This document shows, piece by piece, positions 18,481 to 26,203 of a stretch of 64,000 bases of DNA (within the stretch, counting starts at the first letter, position 1; every line of letters starts with the position of its first letter). Position numbers and translations under genes: made by a program. The stretch comes from an uncultured Verrucomicrobiae bacterium (GTDB taxonomy: Bacteria > Verrucomicrobiota > Verrucomicrobiia > Chthoniobacterales > Chthoniobacteraceae), in contig CAWIKF010000002.1 of NCBI GenBank assembly GCA_963836755.1, positions 128,001 through 192,000 on the forward strand, written 5' to 3'. Under the pieces are notes generated by a model. That model was not told where the DNA came from. It did not search any database and was given only the letters and a program-made list of their open reading frames with translations.

Positions 18481-20355
18481 TCACGTCACAGCTTCATAGA
18501 TTTTCAAGATCTTCGAAAGCCATTCCCGCTGGGAAAATTTCGCCTCGAGAACCCTTCGCCCTCGGACGCCCATTTCGTTGGTTTCCTGGGGCGATGAAAA
18601 AGCCTCGTCCAAGGTCGCGGCCAATGATTCTCGATCAAAGGGTTCGGCCAGTAGGCCTGTCTGCCCATGCGTGATCAGTTCGGGCAAAGCTCCGATTCTA
18701 TGGGCGACCACCGCCCGCGATTGCGACCACGATTCGAGGACGACCATGCCGAAAGGTTCCAGCCAGATGGAAGGCACCACTGAAAACAAGGCATCGTTCC
18801 AAATCTTCTGCTGTTCTTCCGCTGGGATAAAGCCGAGAAAGGTGACGTTAGTCATACCTTCGCTCCGGGTCATTGCCTTGAGCCGATCCGACTCCGGGCC
18901 ATCACCCATGATGACAAGGTTTCTATCCTTGCCGAGCTTGCTCCAAGCGGAGATGAGTTCAGCCACTCCCTTTTCCGGCGATAGTCGTCCGACAAAGAGC
19001 GCGTAGCCATTCGGAGCAGGTGGTGTCATTTGCCGCTTCGGCGTGTAGAAGTGGTAAAGCACCGTAATATTTTCTGCCGGGATTCCCATCTCGACGTGCT
19101 TGAGTTTCTGGCATTCGCTGATAGCTATCCATCGCGTTACCTTTTGAAAAACGCCCATGCTTCGGGAGTAAGAAAGAACTGCGCCCATCATGCCGCTGAA
19201 GAGATAACTGTCGTGCCACGCCTTTGTAGCAAGCGCAGGCCAGAAGTTCCCATTGATGCAGCGCTCGCAAGGCTTACCATGATTGATGAAAAAGCCATTG
19301 GTGCATCCGAACCGATAATTATGAAGGAAATGAACGATCGGGATACCCCATTCGCTCGCCAGTTCATAGATGATCGGAGAAAGCGCGGGGAATACGTTGT
19401 GGACCTGCCATAGGTCAAATCGACCGACCTCCTGGAAACGGCGCAGGCGCTTCTTAACCTCGAGGTTGCGAAAAACATAGAGTGGGATCAAAGACTTTTG
19501 CCGCAACGGGGTATTTAGGAAATCCTCCGTTGATCCGAGGAAGTATTCCACGTTGTGGAAATCTCTAATGGCATCGGCCATCCGATAGACACTTGATTCT
19601 TCTCCGCCATAAGCCTCGTAGCGGCTAAAGACCTGCAGGACGTTCAGGCGCGGTCTTAGTTGTCCGAAGGTCGCCGCCTTTGGTCGCAACATGGGCAAGC
19701 CACGAACTACCGAAGATTTTTGAAGCGCAAACCTGATGTCTTCAAAGTGCGCACGCAAAGCGTTTTGGAACTGCCAGCTGCCGGACGGGCCAGTCATGGG
19801 CTTGCCCGATATCCTGAGAGCAATTTCAGGAACGATGGCTGCGTCCCGGGTCTGAAACCAAAGTCCGTCTCGCATCGTGGAAATTGCCGAAGAAAGCGAC
19901 AGCGCCGGGAAGTCGAGCAACCGATGACTGATCCATCGCTCAAGACGACCGCCTTCGTTTTCCAACCAATCGCCGAGGCCGACGAAACGCCAGTCGAAGA
20001 TGACTTGTCGAAAGAAGGGCCGGCACAGGAGCATCACGACCCAGTCGCGGTAAAGCGGTCCGCGTCTGCCCGGGGCCGGTATGTAGTAGAACGACTTCAC
20101 TCCATAGCGGAAGCGGCACCAGATGGCTTCGAGGCAGTAGCGCAACACCAGCAGGAATTCGCCGGCGCTAAAATTGCCGCCGTTTCTCAGGCTCGATGTG
20201 ATCCTCGCGTCGACGTGGTAGCAGCCGATGCCGCCGCCTGTCGCAGGAAAGCGTTTTTTGCGTTGATCGCCGCCAAAGGCGTCGAGCATGAGCTTGACCA
20301 TGGAGCTTTCGCCATCATCCGGCGGTGCCGCGTGCGCAAAGACGAGGAGCTTCAT
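18481..20355 (-). CDS. Glycosyltransferase family 4 with an extra N-terminal GT-B half-domain
   Basis: ATG 20355 overlaps the upstream stop. The C-terminal ~390 aa is a complete GT4 (YGGEE, FVGRLSPEKG, EPFGMVVLE). Confidence 0.85.
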   Translation of the reverse strand: MKLLVFAHAAPPDDGESSMVKLMLDAFGGDQRKKRFPATGGGIGCYHVDARITSSLRNGGNFSAGEFLLVLRYCLEAIWCRFRYGVKSFYYIPAPGRRGPLYRDWVVMLLCRPFFRQVIFDWRFVGLGDWLENEGGRLERWISHRLLDFPALSLSSAISTMRDGLWFQTRDAAIVPEIALRISGKPMTGPSGSWQFQNALRAHFEDIRFALQKSSVVRGLPMLRPKAATFGQLRPRLNVLQVFSRYEAYGGEESSVYRMADAIRDFHNVEYFLGSTEDFLNTPLRQKSLIPLYVFRNLEVKKRLRRFQEVGRFDLWQVHNVFPALSPIIYELASEWGIPIVHFLHNYRFGCTNGFFINHGKPCERCINGNFWPALATKAWHDSYLFSGMMGAVLSYSRSMGVFQKVTRWIAISECQKLKHVEMGIPAENITVLYHFYTPKRQMTPPAPNGYALFVGRLSPEKGVAELISAWSKLGKDRNLVIMGDGPESDRLKAMTRSEGMTNVTFLGFIPAEEQQKIWNDALFSVVPSIWLEPFGMVVLESWSQSRAVVAHRIGALPELITHGQTGLLAEPFDRESLAATLDEAFSSPQETNEMGVRGRRVLEAKFSQREWLSKILKIYEAVT

Positions 20356-21356
20356 TTTCTGCGGCTTTTCGACGCTGCTCGGTTTTGAAAGCTTTTCGTT
20401 TTTCTTTGAAGCTGAGCGGGCGCGGAAGTTTGACGCGGCATTGGCCAATCCAGAGCCGGATGGCCGGCAGGACGCCGCATGATCGCGCCCTGCCAGAAAA
20501 GTTTTACTGCATCCCAAAGGGTCTTTCGCGAAACGCCCCAGTTTTGGAAATGCCGATAATACCGCCCCGCGATATGCCGCCTAATGCGTCGACCATGCGG
20601 CAGATGCAGGCCGATGAAGGTCACGTTTTGCACCATCGCGCACTGTTTCCGATACTCGTTTTCGCGCGCTGTTTCTGATCCCAAAACATCAGGCACGACG
20701 TGATGAACGGTGGCGCGAGGCACGAAAACGCCACGGCGGCGCGCAGTGATGCGGAGTGAAAAATCAAAGTCTTCGCCACGCACCCAAAAGTCGCTTCGAT
20801 GGAATCCCACTTCCGCGATCGCACGCTGCGTGACGAGCAGCGCGACGCCGGTGCTCCACGAAAACAAGGCCGGTTCTGCGCCGCACTTTCCGATGTATTG
20901 CGCGGGCGTCTGCGGCGTGTCCAAGACGCGGAGTTTTCGTTCGTCGAGCACGCCGGGAGAAAGGACGATGCGTCCACGTGAATCGGCTACCATTGGGCAA
21001 GCCAGATCGGCTTTCTCTCGCGACATCGCCTCGAGTAAAAGTGCGAGCGCGTCCGGCTCGACGACCGCATCGTCATCAATCATCCAAAGGTGCGTGAGCT
21101 TGTCGCGAAAAGAATCGAGCGCTCTTTTCTCGCCGAGAGCGAGGCCACCGCCGCAGCCAAGATTTTGCGGCGACGAGACGTAGCGGGATGAAATCGTGCA
21201 CGTTTCCACCAGCTGACGCACGGCGGCTTCGGCACCATTGTCGACGACGACGATTCCGCCGAGCGGGTGCGCCGATTTTTCCAGAGAACGAAGCAGGCGC
21301 GCGAGCTCTTGCGACCGATGATGCGTCGCCACGACCGCGACGACATATGAAGTCAT
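20352..21356 (-). CDS. Glycosyltransferase family 2
   Basis: VVVDNG, NLGCGGG, WMIDDD, GEDFDFSLR; ATGA overlap. Confidence 0.9.
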   Translation of the reverse strand: MTSYVVAVVATHHRSQELARLLRSLEKSAHPLGGIVVVDNGAEAAVRQLVETCTISSRYVSSPQNLGCGGGLALGEKRALDSFRDKLTHLWMIDDDAVVEPDALALLLEAMSREKADLACPMVADSRGRIVLSPGVLDERKLRVLDTPQTPAQYIGKCGAEPALFSWSTGVALLVTQRAIAEVGFHRSDFWVRGEDFDFSLRITARRRGVFVPRATVHHVVPDVLGSETARENEYRKQCAMVQNVTFIGLHLPHGRRIRRHIAGRYYRHFQNWGVSRKTLWDAVKLFWQGAIMRRPAGHPALDWPMPRQTSAPAQLQRKTKSFQNRAASKSRRK

Positions 21357-22471
21357 GCCTTGTCCAACACCGCCGTGGAGGTCATCGGCACTTTTTTGAC
21401 GAGCGTGGCGGGAAGGCACTGTCTGGAAATGAGCGAGAGAATGTGCTGGTGAATTTCCGGCCAGACGGTCTCAGGCAGAAGCTTCGTCATGCAATACGGT
21501 TCCTTGAACTTACAATAATCGAAGCAGGGCCGCCAAGGGCATATGTCGCGGATCACGATCTTGCTCTCCTCGCCCCACGGATGAAACCAAACGGGATCGC
21601 CCGGGCCGAAAACAGCGACGACCGGCCGCCCGCACGCCGCCGCGATGTGGCCGGGGCCGCTGTCGTTGCAAAGGAGGAGATCGCAACGGCAAAGGACGCT
21701 GGTCAAATCGCGCACGGAAACTGTGCGGATGAACGTATCTGCGAGCGGCGCGAGCGCGGAACCGTAGCCATCGGTGTCCGGGATGAGAATGAAATGAAAA
21801 TCAAAACGGCTGCGCAGCTGTTTAACGATATGCGCGAAGTAAGCCTCGGGCCAGCGGCGGACGGCGAAGCGTGCGCCAGTGTGCAGACAAAAAACGGGCT
21901 TCGTGATTTTTGAGAAAAGATCCGCGACGGAGACGGAAAAATAGCCGGCGGCGCGCAAACCGGGTTCATTACTCGCGACGCCCGGAAGATCGAGCGCAAG
22001 GCCGATTTCGCGCCAGTCCTCGACTTTGTGCTGCTTCTTTTTTTTTCGCGTGAGCGGATGCGTAAGAAAAATTTCACTGCAGCGCACCGAAAAGCCGTAG
22101 CGCTCGCGCGCGCCCGAAAGCGCCATCAGGAAATGATCTCGCGGATCATTTCGAACCGATACCGCGACGTCGAAATGCTCTCGACGCAGTTGCCATACGA
22201 TCTGCCAAAGATTCTTCCAATCCCAACGGAACAAATCGTATTTGCGGCGGAATGCCGTCCACGGCGCATTGTATCCAATAAAGCGGAGCGACGCGAACGA
22301 CGGGTGTAAAAGATCGCGCGCATAGGGCTTCGCGAGCAGCGTGACATCGTGCTCCTTGATCGCCTCGCGGAGAAACGGCGTCGAAAAAGTCAGGTCGCCC
22401 AATCCCCACAATTCCACGACGAGAATCTTTTTTCGCCGCGGCTCGCGCGTCTCCTCACCGGGGGAATCCAT
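21353..22471 (-). CDS. Glycosyltransferase family 9 (heptosyltransferase-like)
   Basis: LWGLGD, RRWP, CNDSGPGHIAAA, VFGP. Confidence 0.92.
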   Translation of the reverse strand: MDSPGEETREPRRKKILVVELWGLGDLTFSTPFLREAIKEHDVTLLAKPYARDLLHPSFASLRFIGYNAPWTAFRRKYDLFRWDWKNLWQIVWQLRREHFDVAVSVRNDPRDHFLMALSGARERYGFSVRCSEIFLTHPLTRKKKKQHKVEDWREIGLALDLPGVASNEPGLRAAGYFSVSVADLFSKITKPVFCLHTGARFAVRRWPEAYFAHIVKQLRSRFDFHFILIPDTDGYGSALAPLADTFIRTVSVRDLTSVLCRCDLLLCNDSGPGHIAAACGRPVVAVFGPGDPVWFHPWGEESKIVIRDICPWRPCFDYCKFKEPYCMTKLLPETVWPEIHQHILSLISRQCLPATLVKKVPMTSTAVLDKA

Positions 22472-22561
22472 GTTCACACGGAAACAGCAAACTTTCCGCA
22501 AACTGGCAACGAGAAACTCGAATCGCCGCGAGGCATTGGCGCGAACAAAATGCGCGATCTT

Positions 22562-23251
22562 TCAGCCGAGCTTCACTGACGGCTTCAGGATCAAAGGCGC
22601 GAGCTGCTTAATGAAATCGCGGATCAACTCGTCCGTCTCCTGCTCCGTGCGGCCATCTTCCTTGAAATTTTTCGTCACGTTCGCGACGACCGTGACGTAA
22701 GCCCATCGCTGGTTGTAACCCTTTAGCAATCGGTCGCGGATATCATAAAAAGTGCGAGTCATGTGCGATGCCGTGATGTCGCTGAAACCGACGAACCAAT
22801 AATAGTTCAGGTTATACAAATCCGCGGTCGCGCCGTTTTCCATTTTCACCGGCCGCACGTCATGCAGCCGCGTCGCATGGAGGCTCGCGCCGTCCGCGAG
22901 TGGAATCGACACTACGTGCGAATCGAGGATCGCCCAGCCCTGCGCCGACAGGCAACGCTCGGGACGATGAATGCTGGTATTCATGTCCTGCCCGGAGAGC
23001 ACGACGGAAACGAAAAGCTGGTCGCCGGCGACGTTCGTGTAAGTTTTTCGCGAAAATTCCGTCTCGGGCCCGAGCACTTGATGCTCCTTTTCCGTGACCG
23101 CCGCGTCGCGCCCGGCCCATCCGCCGACCAGCGAGGGAAGCTGGAGATCGACACCGCTCGGCTGCGATTTCGGGCTCGCCGGCAGGACGAAAACCATTCC
23201 CATGCCGACCATCAGGAACGCGATTAAAATGAGCAGCCGATTAGTAGTCAT
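22562..23251 (-). CDS. epsI: Exosortase-associated EpsI-family protein
   Basis: SIHRPERCLSAQGW, YYWF; directly downstream of the exosortase. Confidence 0.85.
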   Translation of the reverse strand: MTTNRLLILIAFLMVGMGMVFVLPASPKSQPSGVDLQLPSLVGGWAGRDAAVTEKEHQVLGPETEFSRKTYTNVAGDQLFVSVVLSGQDMNTSIHRPERCLSAQGWAILDSHVVSIPLADGASLHATRLHDVRPVKMENGATADLYNLNYYWFVGFSDITASHMTRTFYDIRDRLLKGYNQRWAYVTVVANVTKNFKEDGRTEQETDELIRDFIKQLAPLILKPSVKLG

Positions 23252-24242
23252 ACGAGATGGCAGGCCGCGGTCCTTCGCTGCTCCCGCCTTTATCCATCGG
23301 GGTTGAGAGCTGTTTGAAATTTAGATTCACAAGCTTGCTGAAGGCGAGCATCGCCAGCACCGCCACGGGAAAAAAGATCAGCCCAGCGATCCGGTCGTGA
23401 AAAAACATGCCGACGCGTTCGCCCCAAAATCGTGCGAGCAAAATCACTACGAAAATTCTTCCCACGTTTCCAGCGATCGCGAAAAGCAGCGAACCGCAAA
23501 AGATCGTGACTTTTTTCCACAGCCGATCCTGCGTGAGATGCACAAACACCGCTGTCAGCATCGTCATCGCCATCAGCGAGCGAATGCCGCTGCAGCCTTC
23601 AGCGACCTCGAAATTAAAGCTGCCGTCGCTCGCCTTCAGCGCCGTGCCGGTCGACTGCATTTGAATGCCGATCAGGTTTACAAGAAAGCCGACGATGCCC
23701 GTGATGACGAACTGCATCCGGAAAGTCGCCTGCACTAGCGCTGCGAATGGAATGGTGAAAATCAAAAACGCGAACGGGAAAAGTAAAATGCGCGCAACTT
23801 TTTTTCCCCACAAAAATTCGCTCGCGCCGAAGAGCAAAAACGGCAGCGCGACCAGCGCCATGCGCGGTTGCAGGCAGCGCGCCGCGAGCACGAAAAAGAT
23901 GACGCCAAGCGCTACCCACCAAAGGCCGCGATTCGAGCCGCGCTTCGACGCGCGTGCGAGTTCCTCGCGATGATGCCAGATGAGCCAGAGCGAGATCAGC
24001 GGGATCAACGGGCCGTGCTGGAGATCGTTTTCCTCATTCCACGCGGCCCATGCCCATCGCGCGGCCGTCAGCGAGCCATTCACAAAAATGTGCACGCAGC
24101 CGAAAAAATAAAACAGCGTCGCGAGCACGATCGCGAGCAGTGCGGCGCAGACCGGTTCCGCCGCGCACCATTTTCCAAAAGTGGAAACAACTTCCGAAAT
24201 TCCGACCTCGCGCGGCGGCTCGTTGGGGGCGGTTTCGGGCAT
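23241..24242 (-). CDS. Exosortase (EpsH/Xrt family)
   Basis: About 8 TM; catalytic Cys in VAEGCSGIRS, Arg in NVGR, His in FFHD. Confidence 0.92.
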   Translation of the reverse strand: MPETAPNEPPREVGISEVVSTFGKWCAAEPVCAALLAIVLATLFYFFGCVHIFVNGSLTAARWAWAAWNEENDLQHGPLIPLISLWLIWHHREELARASKRGSNRGLWWVALGVIFFVLAARCLQPRMALVALPFLLFGASEFLWGKKVARILLFPFAFLIFTIPFAALVQATFRMQFVITGIVGFLVNLIGIQMQSTGTALKASDGSFNFEVAEGCSGIRSLMAMTMLTAVFVHLTQDRLWKKVTIFCGSLLFAIAGNVGRIFVVILLARFWGERVGMFFHDRIAGLIFFPVAVLAMLAFSKLVNLNFKQLSTPMDKGGSSEGPRPAISYDY

Positions 24243-24255
24243 AAAATGCGCCCCA

Positions 24256-24283
24256 AGTTTACGGCAAAAAGGCTTTTATGCAA
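24256..24283 (-). promoter_or_regulatory. Candidate sigma70 promoter for the exosortase operon
   Basis: TTGCAT-16 nt-TAAACT on the minus strand, 13 nt before ATG 24242. Confidence 0.5.
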
Positions 24284-24307
24284 TGCGCGCAAACCGTAAC
24301 CAGAAGC

Positions 24308-25111
24308 ATGCCGCCGCCAGACCTCGAGCCGTTTCGCACCTGCGAAGTGCTCGGCATGCCGCTGGCGGTGCTCGATTATGAAAAAGCGGTAGCTTGCGTT
24401 CGAGCGTGGGCAAGCGCGCGAACGGAAGTGCGCGCGGTCGAGGCCGCGAACACGCACGTAGTCGCGCTCGCGAGGCACGAACCGGATTTTGCGGCGGCGA
24501 TGGCGGAGTTCGATTTGATCCTGCCCGACGGCATGCCGCTCGTCTGGGTGATGAACCGCCGCGGCGCGCAAATGCGTGATCGCGTTTACGGCCCGACCTT
24601 TATGCTGCGCTGTCTCGAGGCAACGCAGGGAGATTTTTCGCATTTCCTGCTCGGCGGTTCCGAGGAATTGCTCGCGGAGTTGCAGGCGAAACTGCGTGAA
24701 AAATTTCCGCGTCTGGAATTCGCCGGTGTTTATTCGCCGCCGTTCGGCACTTGGCCGGAGAATGAAAATGCGCGCATCATCGAAAAAATCACTGCGGCGC
24801 GCCCGCACTTTGTCTGGATCGGGCTCGGCTGTCCGAAGCAGGAATTTTGGATCGCGCGCCTCAAAACTCGGCTGCCGAACGCCGTTTACGCAGCGGTCGG
24901 CGCGGCATTCGCCTTTCATGCAGGTCGCGTGAAACAGGCGCCAGCGTGGATGCAAAACATCGGACTCGAATGGCTTTTCCGTTTGCTCGCCGAGCCGCGC
25001 CGATTATGGAGACGTTACGTTTTGTTCAACAGCCTGTTTGTATGGCATCTCGCGACAGATCGATTTTTCGCGCAGAAAATTTCCAGCGCGCGCCGCAGTC
25101 CGGGGAATTGA
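24308..25111 (+). CDS. WecB/TagA/CpsF glycosyltransferase (GT26)
   Basis: PDGMPLVW, RVYGP, GLGCPKQE, GLEWLFRL..EPRRLWRRY. Confidence 0.95.
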   Translation: MPPPDLEPFRTCEVLGMPLAVLDYEKAVACVRAWASARTEVRAVEAANTHVVALARHEPDFAAAMAEFDLILPDGMPLVWVMNRRGAQMRDRVYGPTFMLRCLEATQGDFSHFLLGGSEELLAELQAKLREKFPRLEFAGVYSPPFGTWPENENARIIEKITAARPHFVWIGLGCPKQEFWIARLKTRLPNAVYAAVGAAFAFHAGRVKQAPAWMQNIGLEWLFRLLAEPRRLWRRYVLFNSLFVWHLATDRFFAQKISSARRSPGN

Positions 25112-25136
25112 CACCCGGCGCTGAGAAAATTACCGT
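25108..25136 (+). promoter_or_regulatory. Candidate sigma70 promoter giving a near-leaderless transcript
   Basis: TTGACA (25108-25113)-17 nt-TACCGT (25131-25136), 8 nt before GTG 25145. Confidence 0.6.
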
Positions 25137-25144
25137 TTCACCCC

Positions 25145-26203
25145 GTGGAAATTATTTCCCCCATCCCGAGCCAGCGCGTTGGGCGGACATTCATTGTCGC
25201 AGCGAGTCTGCTGGGGCTCATGGCGCTCGCGCAAATCACCGCGGCGAGCTGGGCTCTTTTTGCGAAATATCGCACCGCTTCCAGTGTCGAACCCGCGCTG
25301 CCGGCCGATGCCGAAAAATCCGTCCCGCAGCATCTCGCGCTGGTCAATCCGCCGAAAAAAGCCGCGGCGCCCGTTGCACCAGTGCCCGCTGCCACGCCTG
25401 CCGCGCCAGTCGCGAGCCTTCCAAATCCGACACCGGTGCCTGCGGAAAAAATTACGCCAGAATCACGGCTCACCGACCTGGTCCAGCAGGAGCGCGCGCT
25501 GCGCGAAAAAGGCGACATGAGCACGGCGCTCGTGCGGTTGCGTGAAGCCCAGGCGATCGCGCCCAACAGCGCGCTCGTCATTTCAGAACTCGCGATGACA
25601 TTTGAAAAAATGGGGCAGACCGACAAGTCGCTCGAGCAGTGGCGCCGCATTTTCGACATGGGCGAATCGGCCGGCATTTACTACCAGGCGGCCGACGCAA
25701 AACTGAAGGCTGGAGAAGCCGACACGGTTGCCGCATCGAAGCACAACGGCACGGAAAGCAGTGGCATCCAGCCGGGCTCGATTCTCGGCCTCGGCACGAT
25801 CACGACTGTCGAGGAAACCGATCCCGAGGCGCTGAAGAAAATTCTTTTAAAAATCCCGCTCCGCGCGCGTCAAAATTCGGACGTCGAGGTCAAGGACGTC
25901 GTCATTCAGGTCTTCTTCTATGACCTGATCGATAACAACGACATTGTTCAAACAAACGCGAACGTTTCGTCGCACTGGAGCACGCTGCCGGCGGATTGGA
26001 AAGACAACGACGAGGAAGTTTTGGAAGTGGAATATGCGCAGCCGCTGCCGAAGACCGGCAAGGCCCCGGAGAACCGGACGTATTTCGGCTACGTCGTGCG
26101 CATTTATTACAAAGGCGAACTGCAGGACTGGCGCGCAGACCAGGACAAGCTGCGCGCAAAATATCCGCCGCCACTCACCCTGCCAACGGATCAAGCCCAA
26201 TGA
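25145..26203 (+). CDS. Membrane-anchored TPR-containing hypothetical protein
   Basis: N-terminal TM, Pro/Ala linker, TPR-like helices (GDMSTALVRLREAQAIAPN..LA..FEKMGQ), beta-rich C-terminus. Confidence 0.75.
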   Translation: MEIISPIPSQRVGRTFIVAASLLGLMALAQITAASWALFAKYRTASSVEPALPADAEKSVPQHLALVNPPKKAAAPVAPVPAATPAAPVASLPNPTPVPAEKITPESRLTDLVQQERALREKGDMSTALVRLREAQAIAPNSALVISELAMTFEKMGQTDKSLEQWRRIFDMGESAGIYYQAADAKLKAGEADTVAASKHNGTESSGIQPGSILGLGTITTVEETDPEALKKILLKIPLRARQNSDVEVKDVVIQVFFYDLIDNNDIVQTNANVSSHWSTLPADWKDNDEEVLEVEYAQPLPKTGKAPENRTYFGYVVRIYYKGELQDWRADQDKLRAKYPPPLTLPTDQAQ

